The notes beneath the pieces are model-generated. The model worked only from the letters and a program-made list of their open reading frames with translations. It did not search any database and was not told where the DNA came from. A program made the translations under genes and the position numbers. A stretch of DNA of 64,000 bases from an uncultured Acidimicrobiales bacterium (GTDB lineage Bacteria; Actinomycetota; Acidimicrobiia; Acidimicrobiales; Aldehydirespiratoraceae): NCBI GenBank assembly GCA_958296055.1, contig CATQHS010000001.1:692277-756276 (forward strand). Direction: 5' to 3'. Below, piece after piece: positions 7,145 to 16,928 of the stretch (positions within the stretch are counted from its first letter, which is position 1; each line of letters starts with the position of its first letter).

Positions 7145-10100
7145 TCACCCCTCCGAGGTGCGGGCTATCTCGCGCTCCTCGTAGGTCTCGATGACGTCGC
7201 CCGACCTCAGGTCCTGGAAGTCGCTCAGCCCCACCCCGCACTCGTAGCCGGAGGAGACGGTGCGCACATCCTCTTTGAACCGCTTGAGCGACGAAACCGC
7301 GCCCTTCCAGATGACGGCCCCGTCCCGCAGGAACCGAACCCTCGAGCCCCGCCTGATCTCGCCGTTCTGCACGTAGCAGCCGGCGACGGCCCCCACCCGG
7401 GGGACCCGGAAGATCTCCCGCACCTCGGCCTCGCCGGTGACGACCTCCTCGATCTCGGGGGCGAGCATCCCGGCCCGGGCCGATTCCATGTCCTCGAGGA
7501 GCTTATAGATGATCTCGTAGGTGCGGATCTCGACGTTCTCAGCCTCGGCCGTTTCCCGGGCCTTGCGGTCGGGGCGCACGTTGAAACCGATGATGGTGGC
7601 GTTGGCCGCGGCGGCCAGTCCGACGTCGCTCTCGGTGATGCCGCCCACCCCTCGATGCACGAACCCGATCCTGACCTCGTCGGCCTCGAGCTTGCGCACG
7701 CTTCCGGTGACGGCTTCCAGCGATCCGTTGGCGTCGGCTTTCACGATCAGGTTCAGCGTGGCCGCCTCGCCCCGGCTGATCCGGGTGAAGATGTCCTCCA
7801 GCCGGGCCCCGCCCGACAGGGCGTGGGCATCCCGGCCCAGGCTCGACTGGCGCTGCCAGTGCTCGCGGGCGCTGGCCACCCGGCCCGCCACCTTCTCGTT
7901 GGGGGCCACCACGAAGGGGTCGCCGGCCTCGGCCACCTCGGAGAGGCCGAGCACCTGCACCGGGGTGGACGGCCCGGCCTGGTGCAGGACGTCGCCCCGG
8001 TCGTCGAGCAGGGCCCGGACCCGGCCCCAAGCCGCCCCGGCCACCACCGGGTCTCCGGCCTCCAGCATCCCCCGCTGCACCAGCACGGTGGCGACCGGGC
8101 CTCGGCCGATGTCTAGGTGGGCCTCCAGCACCACGCCGCCCGCTCGGCCCTCCTCCGGGGCCTGCAGGTCTTCCACCTCGGCCAACAACAGGACCTGATC
8201 GAGCAGGTCTTCTAGGCCTGTTTCATGCAGGGCCGACACCTCGCAGAAAATGGTGTCTCCGCCCCAGACTTCGGGAACGAGGCCGTGCTCGGCCACTCCG
8301 GCCATGGTCTTTTGCACGTCGGCGTTGTCCCGGTCGATCTTGTTGACGGCCACCACGATGGGGACTTCGGCCGCCTTGGCGTGATTAATGGCCTCGATGG
8401 TCTGGGGCATGACCCCGTCGTCGGCGGCCACCACCAGCACCACTATGTCGGTGGCGTCGGCCCCTCGGGCCCGCATGGCCGTGAACGCCTCATGGCCGGG
8501 GGTGTCGATGAAGGTGATCCTCTTGCCGTCCCGCTCCACCTGGTAGGCGCCGATGTGCTGGGTGATGCCGCCCGCCTCGCCGGCGACGACGTTGGCGCTG
8601 CGGATGCGGTCCAACAGGAGCGTCTTGCCGTGGTCGACGTGGCCCATCACCGTGACCACCGGCGGACGGCCGGGGGCGCCGGAGTCATCACCGTCGAAAA
8701 GGTCGGCGGTGCCGACCTCGAGGAGCTTCTGGAGCTCCAGCTCCTGCTCTTCGCCGGGATCCACGAGCCGGATGTCGGCCCCCAGTTCGGCTGCGAACAA
8801 CTCGATCATGTCGTCGCTGAGGGACTGGGTGGCGGTGACCATCTCACCCTGGTGCATCAGGAAGCGAACCACATCGGCCGCGGTGCGGTTGAGCTTGGGG
8901 CCGAGATCCTGGGCGGTGGAGGCCCTTTCGATCACCACCTCCCCGGCGGGTATCGGCGTGTCCAGAGGGGTGTAGGACGGGACGTCCATGGGCTGGAGCT
9001 CTTCGCGCACGCGCCGCCGTCGGCTCTTGCGCCGGGGCGGGCGCCGTTGGCCCCCTCCGGGACCGCTCCGACCGCGGCCCCCTCCGGGGGGGCCGGGTTG
9101 GGGCCCCGCTCCCGGCACCGATTGGCGGGGACCGCCGCTGGGCCGGGGACCGGCCGGGAAGGGGCTTCGCCTGGGCCCCGGGGATCGCTCGCCGGGGCGG
9201 TCGGACGGGCGGCGGGGACCGGCGCCGGCCGGGCGGGAGGACGAAGAACGGCGGGGAAGGGGGCCGGAGCCGGCCGGGCGGCCCGGAGGCGACCGGAGCG
9301 GAGGAGGCGGGGGCGGGATGGGCTTACCCGAACGCGACATCGGAGGAGGCGGGATCGGCTGGCCCGAACGCGACACCGGAGGAGGCGGACCAGACCCCGG
9401 AGGAGGCCCACCAGACGCTGGAGCCTGCCTCCCCGGCGGACCCGACGCCGGAGCCTGCCTACCCGGCGGACCAGACGCCGGAGCCTGCCTACCCGGCGGA
9501 CCAGACGCCGGAGCCTGCCTACCCGGCGGACCAGACGCCGGAGGGCCAGACCTCGGAGCCTGCCTCCCCGGCGGACCGGACGACGGAGCCTGCCTACCCG
9601 GCGGACCACCCGCCGCCGGAGCCTGCCTCCCTGGCGGACCACCAGACGCCGGAGCTTGCCTACCCGGCGGACCCGACGCCGGAGGGCCAGACCTCGGAGC
9701 CTGCCTCCCCGACGGGGCGGCGGCGTCGAATGCCGCGGCCGCTTGGCCCGGCGGAGCGCCAACCGAGGGGGGGGTGCGTCGGGCCGGCGGTCTCTCCGGC
9801 GCGGCCGAAGGCCCAGCCGCGGCCGGCGGCGCGGCGGCCAGCGGCGGCGGTTCCTCTTCGACCGGGCGGCGAGGAGGGGCCACGCTGCCGCTGGAGGAGA
9901 TGGCCTGGCGAGGCGGCCCGGGCGGCGGCGGGGGGGCTGCCCGGGGCTCGGCTCTCTTCGGCGCGGCTGCCGGGGGCTCGGCTTTCTTCGGTGCGGCTGC
10001 CGGGGGCTCCGCTCTCTTGGGCGGGGCCGGCATGGATTCCACCTTGGGTTCTGCCTGCCCGGTTTCGGTTTTCTCGAAGGTCGGCTTGGGCTCGGCCTTG

Positions 10101-10522
10101 GCCGGTTCGGTCTTCGCCGATCCGGTCACATCGGCACCGGCCGCGGCGGCGAGGTTCGGAGCCTCGGCCCTGGACACGGCATCAGCGGCGACCCGGGCCT
10201 CGGCCGCCTCGATCGGAGTCGCCGGCGCCGGGACTTTCTCGGCCCCGGGCCCGGAGACCCGGGCCCCGGCCGCCTCAGCGTCATCGGCGGCGACCTCAGG
10301 GGCGGGAGCAGCCTGCGGGGGGTCCGAGACGGCGGGAGGCTCTGGCTCGGAGAGCAGCCCTTCCCGCTCAGCCTTGCGGCGAACCCGGTCGGCTTGGGCC
10401 TCGACGATGCTGGACGAATGGGACTTCACCCCGATGCCGAGCTGACCGCAGAGGTCCAAGGTCTCCTGATTGGGGAGGCCAAGCTCTCGAGCCAGCTCGT
10501 AGACGCGGATGTTGCTTGGCAC
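7145..10522 (-). CDS. infB: Translation initiation factor IF-2 with a long Pro/Ala/Gly-rich repetitive N-terminal region
   Basis: 1125 aa with a GTG start. N-terminus is (V)[14 protein letters not shown]. GTPase block [17 protein letters not shown]...DTPGHEAF...NKID, and a conserved C-terminal domain. Confidence 0.95.
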   Translation of the reverse strand: MPSNIRVYELARELGLPNQETLDLCGQLGIGVKSHSSSIVEAQADRVRRKAEREGLLSEPEPPAVSDPPQAAPAPEVAADDAEAAGARVSGPGAEKVPAPATPIEAAEARVAADAVSRAEAPNLAAAAGADVTGSAKTEPAKAEPKPTFEKTETGQAEPKVESMPAPPKRAEPPAAAPKKAEPPAAAPKRAEPRAAPPPPPGPPRQAISSSGSVAPPRRPVEEEPPPLAAAPPAAAGPSAAPERPPARRTPPSVGAPPGQAAAAFDAAAPSGRQAPRSGPPASGPPGRQAPASGGPPGRQAPAAGGPPGRQAPSSGPPGRQAPRSGPPASGPPGRQAPASGPPGRQAPASGPPGRQAPASGPPGRQAPASGGPPPGSGPPPPVSRSGQPIPPPPMSRSGKPIPPPPPPLRSPPGRPAGSGPLPRRSSSSRPAGAGPRRPSDRPGERSPGPRRSPFPAGPRPSGGPRQSVPGAGPQPGPPGGGRGRSGPGGGQRRPPRRKSRRRRVREELQPMDVPSYTPLDTPIPAGEVVIERASTAQDLGPKLNRTAADVVRFLMHQGEMVTATQSLSDDMIELFAAELGADIRLVDPGEEQELELQKLLEVGTADLFDGDDSGAPGRPPVVTVMGHVDHGKTLLLDRIRSANVVAGEAGGITQHIGAYQVERDGKRITFIDTPGHEAFTAMRARGADATDIVVLVVAADDGVMPQTIEAINHAKAAEVPIVVAVNKIDRDNADVQKTMAGVAEHGLVPEVWGGDTIFCEVSALHETGLEDLLDQVLLLAEVEDLQAPEEGRAGGVVLEAHLDIGRGPVATVLVQRGMLEAGDPVVAGAAWGRVRALLDDRGDVLHQAGPSTPVQVLGLSEVAEAGDPFVVAPNEKVAGRVASAREHWQRQSSLGRDAHALSGGARLEDIFTRISRGEAATLNLIVKADANGSLEAVTGSVRKLEADEVRIGFVHRGVGGITESDVGLAAAANATIIGFNVRPDRKARETAEAENVEIRTYEIIYKLLEDMESARAGMLAPEIEEVVTGEAEVREIFRVPRVGAVAGCYVQNGEIRRGSRVRFLRDGAVIWKGAVSSLKRFKEDVRTVSSGYECGVGLSDFQDLRSGDVIETYEEREIARTSEG
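9400..9715 (-). repeat. In-frame 30-nt tandem repeat array inside infB (about 10 units, three consecutive perfect copies)
   Basis: The unit ggaccagacgccggagcctgcctacccggc is perfectly repeated around 9450-9540, with diverged copies on both sides. It encodes reiterated GPPGRQAP(A/S/R)SG. Confidence 0.9.
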
Positions 10523-10543
10523 GGGTGCCCTCTCGCCTCGGCG

Positions 10544-10828
10544 TTACCTGGCGTCACCGATGCCGGGCCCGGGCCCAACCCGTGGCGACGGCCACGAATC
10601 CCGAAGCCTAGCCACCGCATCCCGGTTCACGTCAGTTCTCAAGGCCCGCCCGAGGGCCCGACGTTTGACGGCCGCGTCCAGGCAGGCCGCGTCGTCGCAG
10701 AGCCAGGCGCCCCGACCCGGACCGGCGCCCAACGCCAACTCGCCGTTCCGGCCGAGCCGGACCCGGCGCAGCTTGCCGGCCGAAGCGCGGATCCCGCAGC
10801 CGATGCAGGTGCGGATCGGGCTCAGCGC
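10544..10828 (-). CDS. ylxR: YlxR/DUF448 family RNA-binding protein
   Basis: The C-terminal 94 aa of the 255-aa ORF read [12 protein letters not shown]...GRGAWLC..., the YlxR signature, in the conserved nusA-ylxR-infB position. No ATG, GTG or TTG lies near the expected start (a CTG at 10825 is possible), so the 5' end is uncertain. Confidence 0.6.
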   Translation of the reverse strand, partial: ALSPIRTCIGCGIRASAGKLRRVRLGRNGELALGAGPGRGAWLCDDAACLDAAVKRRALGRALRTDVNRDAVARLRDSWPSPRVGPGPGIGDAR

Positions 10829-11994
10829 TCGGTCGCCCGCTTGTCGCCCGCCCTGGCCGCGGAACCCCCGGCCACCGGACCCGCGACCCCAGAGGTGGCC
10901 GCGGTCCAGTCCTGGACGCTCAGGGCCTCTCCCCCGTCGGCGGGCTGCCACACCTGCTCTCCGGTGGCGGAGTCGACCACCCACTCCCCCTCGGCCCAAT
11001 CCACGTTGGCGTAGGCCTCCTCCTCGACCAGTTGGGTCTCGCTCTTGATGTTGACCCCCCAGCCGGTCAGCCGGCTGGCCAGGCGGGCGTTCTGGCCCTC
11101 TTTGCCGATGGCCAGCGACAACTGGTAGTCGGGAACCACCACCACGCAGTCGCCGGTGGTCTCGTCCACCCGCACCTCTTTCACCCGGGCCGGAGACAGC
11201 GCCTTCATCACGTATTCCTCGAGGTCGGCGCTGAAGGGGACGATGTCGATCTTCTCGCCCCTCAGCTCGTTGACCACTTGGCGGACCCGAGCCCCCCTGG
11301 CCCCCACGCAAGCGCCGACCGGGTCGACGTTGGGGTCGTTGGAGCTGACCGAGATCTTGGTCCGGTGACCCGGCTCGCGGGCGCAGGCCTTTATCTCCAC
11401 CACCCCGTCGGCGATCTCGGGCACCTCCAGCTCGAACAGGCGCTTGACCAGGCCGGGGTGGGTCCGGCTCACCACGATCTGAGGGCCCTTGGACGTCTTG
11501 CGGACCTCCACTATGTAGGCCTTGAGACGGGCGTTGGAGTCGGGCCGCTCATAGGGGACCTGCTCGGCTTGGGGCAGCAGGGCCTCCACCCGACCCAGGT
11601 CGAGCAGGGTGTAGCGGGCGTCGGTCTGCTGGATCATGCCGGTGACGATGTCGCCCTCGCGGCCCGCGTACTCCTCGTACTTGAGCTCCCGCTCCGCCTC
11701 CCGGATGCGCTGGGTCATGACCTGGCGGGCGGTCTGGGCCGCTATCCGCCCGAAGTCGTCGGGGGTGACCTCGAACTCCTCGCCCACCGGCTCGCCCATC
11801 TCGTCGAGATCCTGGGCGAAGACCCGGAACTCCATGGTCTCGGGGTAGACCGTGACCCAGGCGTACTCGTGCGCGCCCGGCATGCGCTTGTAGGCCGATT
11901 CCAGCGCGTCGGCGAGGGCCGCGAGCAGGGAGTCGACGGTGATCCCCCGCTCGGCGGCCAGAGCCTGGAGCGCTTCCATCATCTCGGCGTTCAT
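10822..11994 (-). CDS. nusA: Transcription termination/antitermination factor NusA
   Basis: Internal ATG at 11994 ([18 protein letters not shown]...). S1 and KH blocks ([10 protein letters not shown]..., [47 protein letters not shown]). The upstream 90 aa of the ORF are Pro/Arg-rich and treated as spurious. Confidence 0.9.
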   Translation of the reverse strand: MNAEMMEALQALAAERGITVDSLLAALADALESAYKRMPGAHEYAWVTVYPETMEFRVFAQDLDEMGEPVGEEFEVTPDDFGRIAAQTARQVMTQRIREAERELKYEEYAGREGDIVTGMIQQTDARYTLLDLGRVEALLPQAEQVPYERPDSNARLKAYIVEVRKTSKGPQIVVSRTHPGLVKRLFELEVPEIADGVVEIKACAREPGHRTKISVSSNDPNVDPVGACVGARGARVRQVVNELRGEKIDIVPFSADLEEYVMKALSPARVKEVRVDETTGDCVVVVPDYQLSLAIGKEGQNARLASRLTGWGVNIKSETQLVEEEAYANVDWAEGEWVVDSATGEQVWQPADGGEALSVQDWTAATSGVAGPVAGGSAARAGDKRATER

Positions 11995-12007
11995 GGCATC
12001 TCGGCGT

Positions 12008-12619
12008 TCATGTCGCCGCCTCTCTTTGGTGTGAGCTTGCTGGGGACGGTGATCGGCCAGACGGGCCGGCCCGGGTCGAGGACCGGCGAGACCCGGTCTC
12101 AGCGCCCCGGCCCGGCTTGGGGGCCGGCCCCCATTCGAAGACGGTGCGGGCCCAGGTGATCTCGTCGTAGCCGACCCGGCGGGAGGCTCCGGCGGCGGAG
12201 TCACCGGCGCTCTCGTCGGCGCCCTCCCCGGCCTCCCGGATCTCCACCCCGTCGTCGTCGGCACCGGCTAGTACCCCGGCGACGCGCCGGGGGCCGTCGA
12301 AGTCGGGGGCCGTCTTCAACTTGACCGGCGAGCCGACCGCGCCTCGGAAATGGTCGGGGGTGCGCAGCCGCCGCTCCAGGCCCGGACTCGACACCTCCAG
12401 CGTGTAGCGGCCCGGAATCGGGTCATGCGCGTCGAGCTCACGGCTGACCGCCCGGGCCAGGCGGGTGATGGCGTCGAGGCCGATGCCGCCGTCGGCGTCG
12501 ACCAGCACTCTCAGCACCCCCCCGTTGTGCTCCACGTCGTAGAGCCGGGCCGACTCGGCCTCGACCATCGGGGCCACCAGGTCGCGGATCCGGTCGGCGA
12601 CCGCCGCGCTCTCAGCCAC
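12008..12619 (-). CDS. rimP: Ribosome maturation factor RimP
   Basis: GTG at 12619 (VAESAAVADRIRDLVAPMVEAESARLYDVE...YTLEVSSPGLERRL). Conserved position upstream of nusA. The exact start is uncertain. Confidence 0.75.
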   Translation of the reverse strand: MAESAAVADRIRDLVAPMVEAESARLYDVEHNGGVLRVLVDADGGIGLDAITRLARAVSRELDAHDPIPGRYTLEVSSPGLERRLRTPDHFRGAVGSPVKLKTAPDFDGPRRVAGVLAGADDDGVEIREAGEGADESAGDSAAGASRRVGYDEITWARTVFEWGPAPKPGRGAETGSRRSSTRAGPSGRSPSPASSHQREAAT

Positions 12620-13841
12620 GGCCCCGGCGGATCCCGGCCACCGCCGCTTCGGCGCCGTTGGCGTCTGAGCCGAGCACGGCCAGATTCCGGCGCCTGTCCT
12701 CCTCCGCGGCCCGGACGGCCTCGGCTCGCATCCCCCGGGCCCGCTCCAAGGCCGCATCGGGGCCCTGTTCGCAGATCAGCTCGGCCCACTCCACCAGGGT
12801 GTCGACCATCTCGTCTTCTCCGACCACGGCCACGTTCTGGCCCTTCACGAACAGATGGCCCCGCCGGTTGCCGGCCGCGATGCCCAAGTCGGCGTGACGG
12901 GCCTCGCCGGGCCCGTTCACCACGCAGCCCATGACCGCCACCTGGAGCGGGATCTGGCGCGACTCCAAGGCCTCCATGGCCTCGGAGGCTATGGAGAAGA
13001 CGTCCACCTCGGCCCGGCCGCAGCTCGGGCAGGCGATCAGGTCCACGTTGCGGCGTTCCCTCAGGCCCATGGCCTCCAGCAGCCACCGGCCCGCCCGGGC
13101 CTCCTCCACCGGGTCGGCGGTGAGCGAGTATCTGATGGTGTCGCCTATCCCCTCGGCCAGCAGGGCGGCGATGCCGGCCGTGGACTTGACCACCCCGACC
13201 GGGGGCGGGCCGGCCTCGGTGACCCCCAGGTGCAGCGGGTGGTCGGTGACCTCGGCCAGGCGCCGGTAGGCGTCGATCATCAGCGGCACATTCGAGGCCT
13301 TGACCGAGATCTTCACCAGGTCGAACCCGACCTCGGTGAAATAGGACAGTTCCCGCAGGGCCGACTCCACCATGGCTTCGGGGGTCACGCCCCGCTCGGG
13401 GTCGTACAGATCGGGATCGAGCGAACCGCCGTTGACGCCGATGCGGACGGGCACGCCCCGGTCCCGGCACTCCCGGGCCACCAGCTTGATGTGGGCCGGG
13501 TTGCGGATGTTGCCGGGGTTGAGCCGCAGGCAGTGGACGCCGGCGTCGAGGGCGGCCAGGGCCATCCGGTGGCTGTTGTGGACGTCGGCCACGATCGGCA
13601 CCGGCGACCGGGGCACGATCCGGGCCAGGCCTTCGGCCGCCTCGGGCCGGTTGCAGGTGCATCGGACGATGTCGGCGCCCGCGCCGGCCAGGGCGTAGAT
13701 CTGGGCGAGGGTGGCCTCGTGGTCGGCGGTCTTGGTCACGGTCATGGACTGGACGGTCACCGGCGCGCCGCCGCCCACCGGCACCGACCCCACCATGATC
13801 TGGCGGGTCGGCCTGCGGGGGAATCGGGCCTGGAAGTCCAC
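12612..13841 (-). CDS. ispG: 4-hydroxy-3-methylbut-2-en-1-yl diphosphate synthase (flavodoxin)
   Basis: 409 aa with a GTG start. RRPTRQIMVGSVPVGGGAPVTVQSMT and ACPSCGR...MGCVVNGPGE. Confidence 0.92.
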   Translation of the reverse strand: MDFQARFPRRPTRQIMVGSVPVGGGAPVTVQSMTVTKTADHEATLAQIYALAGAGADIVRCTCNRPEAAEGLARIVPRSPVPIVADVHNSHRMALAALDAGVHCLRLNPGNIRNPAHIKLVARECRDRGVPVRIGVNGGSLDPDLYDPERGVTPEAMVESALRELSYFTEVGFDLVKISVKASNVPLMIDAYRRLAEVTDHPLHLGVTEAGPPPVGVVKSTAGIAALLAEGIGDTIRYSLTADPVEEARAGRWLLEAMGLRERRNVDLIACPSCGRAEVDVFSIASEAMEALESRQIPLQVAVMGCVVNGPGEARHADLGIAAGNRRGHLFVKGQNVAVVGEDEMVDTLVEWAELICEQGPDAALERARGMRAEAVRAAEEDRRRNLAVLGSDANGAEAAVAGIRRGRG

Positions 13842-13847
13842 GGTGAG

Positions 13848-13853
13848 AATCTA
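13848..13853 (-). promoter_or_regulatory. Candidate -10 hexamer (TAGATT) for a leaderless ispG mRNA
   Basis: The minus strand reads TAGATT-CTCACC-GTG(start). Six nt between the hexamer and the start codon matches the TANNNT geometry of actinobacterial leaderless transcripts. Confidence 0.35.
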
Positions 13854-13874
13854 CCGACGCGGCCCGCCGATCAG

Positions 13875-14009
13875 CCGGACCGCGGTTCAACCGGCCCGCC
13901 AGCCCCCGCCGGACCGCGGTTCAGCCGGACCCGCCCAGCCAGCCGGACCGCCGGACCGCGGTTCAGCCGATCATCCAGTCCGTCGGACCGCCGGACCGCG
14001 GTTCAGCCG
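13875..14009. repeat. Four direct copies of about 19 nt, CCGGACCGCGGTTCA(G/A)CCG, with palindromic core ACCGCGGT
   Basis: Copies lie at 13875-13893, 13909-13928, 13951-13969 and 13991-14009. Copies 3 and 4 share 27 identical nt. The last copy contains the stop codon of the M50 protease gene. All lie upstream of the ispG start. Confidence 0.85.
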
Positions 14010-15682
14010 AAGTTGACCGGATCGATGATGTCTCGCATCAGCGCCACGCTGGTGATCGCCAGCAGCAGCGCCACCACCGCGTAGGTGACGGGCAGGAGCT
14101 TGGCCGCGTCCACCCGGTACTGGCGGCCGCCGAAGGAGCGGATCCGCTCGTAGGTGGCCACCGCGGCGTGGCCGCCGTCGAGGGGCAGCAGGGGAATCAG
14201 GTTGAACAGCCCCAGCACGATGTTCACCAGGGCCAGCACCTCAAGGGCTTCCACCAGCCCGCTCTCGGTGGCCGACACGCCCAAGCGGGCCACGCCGTAA
14301 ATGGAGATGACCCGGTACTCGTCGCCGATCCCGCCGTCGAGCCGGCGGGTCTCCAACTCCCGAGCCGTGTCGGGCCCGGCCGGGCCGGCGGGACTGTCAC
14401 CGAGCCAGTCGAAGGCGCCGTTGAACCCGTCGGTGAAGGCCCGGGGGATGGTTCCGACGATGTCGACGGTGATCGACGCCACCAGCCGGAACGACGATCC
14501 CAGGGAATCGGCCAGCCCCGCCGATCGGCGCTGGTAGCGGGCGGAGACGCCGAAAAACCCGGTGACGGCCCGGCCCGGATCGACCAGTTCGGTCATGACC
14601 GCGCCCTCCACCAGGCTGGGCTCGCCGGTCCGGGCGTCGATGAAGGCGATATTGACCAGCCGGCCGGGCCGGGACCGGGCGAAGTCGGCCAGTTCCTGGT
14701 AGGTGGGCGGGCCGTCGCTGTCCAGGCCCTCCACGGCCAGGATGCGGTCGTTGGCGATCAGGCCGACGATCCCGGCCGCGCCCTCGGCGGTGAGGCGCTC
14801 CCCGATCCTGACCGCCGCGGTGCGCTCGACGCCGTCGCGGCGGTAGGCGACGGTCACCTCCTCGCCGCCGAGGCCCGAGACGAGCAGCCCGAAGTGCTCA
14901 AAGGTGGAAAGGCCGGCGCCGTTCACCGAGAGCAGCTCGTCGCCGGGCTGGAGGCCGGCTTGGGCCGCGGCGCTGTCGGCCGAGACGGTGGCCAGGGTCC
15001 AGTCTTGGTGCTCGGAGGCCGCCGTCGTGTGGTTGAAGGCCCGGTCGTCGATCATCAGCACCGCGAAGATCACCGCCAGCGCTATCACGAAATGCATGCC
15101 GGGGCCGGCCACCAGCACCAGCATCCGCCGGGGATAGCTCTGGGAACGGAAGCTGCGGGACTCCTCGGCGGGGTCCACCTCGTCGAGGCTGTTCATCCCG
15201 ATGATCCGCACGTAGGCGCCCAGCCACAGCCCCTTGACGCCGTAGGTGGTCTCCCCCCGGCGGAACGACCAGATGCGGGGGCCGAAGCCGATGAACAGCT
15301 CGGTGACCTTCATGCCCGTCCACCGGGCGGCCATGAAGTGCCCCATCTCGTGCAAGAAGACCATCACCACCAAAGCGCAGACGACGATCACCCAGCTCCA
15401 CCCGGCGAACCACCCCAGCGCGACCAGACCGGCGGCCAGGCCGACCGGGCCGAGCCAGCCGCTGCGCGACTCCTCCGGAGGCCGGGGCGGACCGGTGGAC
15501 AGCGAGACCAGCCGCCGGGGCTGATCGTCGCCCCGCTCACGCCGCCCCAACCGAGACGAACCGCCCCCGCGCTCACGCCGCTCCAACCGAGACGAACCGC
15601 CTCCGCTCTCAAGCCGCCCCAACCGAGACGAACCGTCGTCGCTCTCGAGCCGCCCTAACGGTGACGAACCGTCGTCGCTCAT
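14003..15682 (-). CDS. M50 family site-2 zinc metalloprotease (RseP/Rip1-like) with a PDZ domain
   Basis: ATG at 15682 forms an ATGA overlap with the dxr stop. HEMGHFMAARWTGMKV, a PDZ-like middle region and a C-terminal NLIPLLPLDGGH. The N-terminus carries a 12-aa x4 repeat. Confidence 0.88.
   Translation of the reverse strand: MSDDGSSPLGRLESDDGSSRLGRLESGGGSSRLERRERGGGSSRLGRRERGDDQPRRLVSLSTGPPRPPEESRSGWLGPVGLAAGLVALGWFAGWSWVIVVCALVVMVFLHEMGHFMAARWTGMKVTELFIGFGPRIWSFRRGETTYGVKGLWLGAYVRIIGMNSLDEVDPAEESRSFRSQSYPRRMLVLVAGPGMHFVIALAVIFAVLMIDDRAFNHTTAASEHQDWTLATVSADSAAAQAGLQPGDELLSVNGAGLSTFEHFGLLVSGLGGEEVTVAYRRDGVERTAAVRIGERLTAEGAAGIVGLIANDRILAVEGLDSDGPPTYQELADFARSRPGRLVNIAFIDARTGEPSLVEGAVMTELVDPGRAVTGFFGVSARYQRRSAGLADSLGSSFRLVASITVDIVGTIPRAFTDGFNGAFDWLGDSPAGPAGPDTARELETRRLDGGIGDEYRVISIYGVARLGVSATESGLVEALEVLALVNIVLGLFNLIPLLPLDGGHAAVATYERIRSFGGRQYRVDAAKLLPVTYAVVALLLAITSVALMRDIIDPVNFG
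15536..15680 (-). repeat. In-frame 36-nt x4 tandem repeat at the 5' end of the M50 protease gene
   Basis: The core aaccgagacgaaccg recurs at 15549, 15585 and 15621, with a diverged copy at 15657. It encodes SSPLGRLESDDG / SSRLGRLESGGG / SSRLERRERGGG / SSRLGRRERGDD. Confidence 0.85.
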
Positions 15683-16836
15683 GCCGCTCTCCGGTGGATG
15701 ATCTCGTTCGCGGCCGCTCGGGCCCGGTGGTCGCAGTCCAAGACGGCGTCGACGCCGTCGGCCGGGAGCCCCGGCCACCGCTCGAGGGCCTCTGACAGCA
15801 CCGCGGCGATGTCGAGCCAGCCGATGCGACCCCCCAGGAACGCCTCCACCGCCACCTCGTTGGCCGCGTTGAGCCAGGCCGGAGCGGTCTCGCCGGCCCG
15901 TCCGGCGGCGAAGGCCAAGTCCAGGCACCCGAATGCGCCCCGGTCGGGGGGTTCGAAGTCGAGCCGGCGCAGCTCGCTCCAGTCGATGGGCCCGAAGGCC
16001 AGGTCCAGCCGGTCCGGGTGGGCCAGGGCGTAGCCGATGCAGAGCCGCATGTCGGGCTTGGAGAGCTGGGCCATGGTGGCGCCGTCGGAATAGGTCACCA
16101 TCGAGTGGACCACCGACTGGGGATGCACCACCACGTCGATGCGGTCGTAGCCGACGCCGAACAGCTCGTGGGCCTCGATGACCTCAAGCCCCTTGTTCAT
16201 GAGCGTGCTGGAGTCGATGGTGACCTTGGGGCCCATGGACCAGGTCGGGTGGGCCAGGGCCTCGGCCGGCGTAACCGCCCCCAGCTCGGTCCGGGCCCGG
16301 CCCCGGAACGGCCCGCCGCTGGCGGTCAGCACCACCGCCGCCACCCGGCGGGGGTCGCTGTTGGCCCGCAGGCACTGGTGGACGGCGCAGTGCTCGGAGT
16401 CCACTGGGATGATCTCGGCCCCCGGAGTGGCCCGGGCCCGCTGCACCACCGGGCCGGCCGCCACCAGCGACTCCTTGTTAGCCAGTCCCAGCCGCCTGCC
16501 CGCCTCCAGGGCGGCCAGGGTCACCGGCAGGCCGGCGAAGCCGACCACCCCGTTGATCACCGTGTCGGCCAGCCGGGCGGCCGCGGCCATGGCCCCGGCG
16601 CCGGCCATCAGCTCGGTGCCGGCCGGGAGCCGGCCGGCCAGGGCCGGGGCCTGCTCGGCGTCGGCGATGGCCACGGCGTCGGGCCGGAACTCGAGGGCCT
16701 GCTCGGCCAGCCGGTCCACCGAGCGGGCCGCCCCCAGCGCGGCCACCCGATACCGCTCCGGCCGGGCCCGCACGATGTCGAGCGTCTGGGTCCCGATCGA
16801 GCCGGTGGACCCGAGCACGGCCACCGAAGCGGTCAC
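15679..16836 (-). CDS. dxr: 1-deoxy-D-xylulose 5-phosphate reductoisomerase
   Basis: GTG at 16836 (VTASVAVLGSTGSIGTQTLDIV...), 385 aa. LANKESLV, DSEHCAVHQC and a HPTWSMGPKVTIDSSTLMNKGLEVIEAH block. The rest of the 742-aa ORF is a spurious 5' extension. Confidence 0.92.
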   Translation of the reverse strand: MTASVAVLGSTGSIGTQTLDIVRARPERYRVAALGAARSVDRLAEQALEFRPDAVAIADAEQAPALAGRLPAGTELMAGAGAMAAAARLADTVINGVVGFAGLPVTLAALEAGRRLGLANKESLVAAGPVVQRARATPGAEIIPVDSEHCAVHQCLRANSDPRRVAAVVLTASGGPFRGRARTELGAVTPAEALAHPTWSMGPKVTIDSSTLMNKGLEVIEAHELFGVGYDRIDVVVHPQSVVHSMVTYSDGATMAQLSKPDMRLCIGYALAHPDRLDLAFGPIDWSELRRLDFEPPDRGAFGCLDLAFAAGRAGETAPAWLNAANEVAVEAFLGGRIGWLDIAAVLSEALERWPGLPADGVDAVLDCDHRARAAANEIIHRRAA

Positions 16837-16928
16837 TGCGCCCGCCCGGGGCCGGCCGGGGCCCAGGCCCGCGGGGCCTGCCCGCGGGCCGTCATGGGTG
16901 CTGCCCGCCTGAAAGCCAGGACCCGGGC

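Noticed and set aside
9400-9715. Perfect 30-nt direct repeats that could at first suggest a CRISPR array
   Set aside because: The units are contiguous with no spacers, are in frame inside infB and encode a Pro-rich peptide repeat.
8225-11014. A 929-aa plus-strand ORF, with several nested ORFs, antisense to infB and nusA
   Set aside because: It is Arg/Gly/Pro-rich low-complexity sequence with no motif. It mirrors a clearly real, conserved gene on the other strand. Long shadow ORFs of this kind are expected at about 70% GC.
12511-13890. A 459-aa ORF overlapping ispG in another frame
   Set aside because: It is Arg/Pro/Gly-rich with no motif. The ispG frame is unambiguous.
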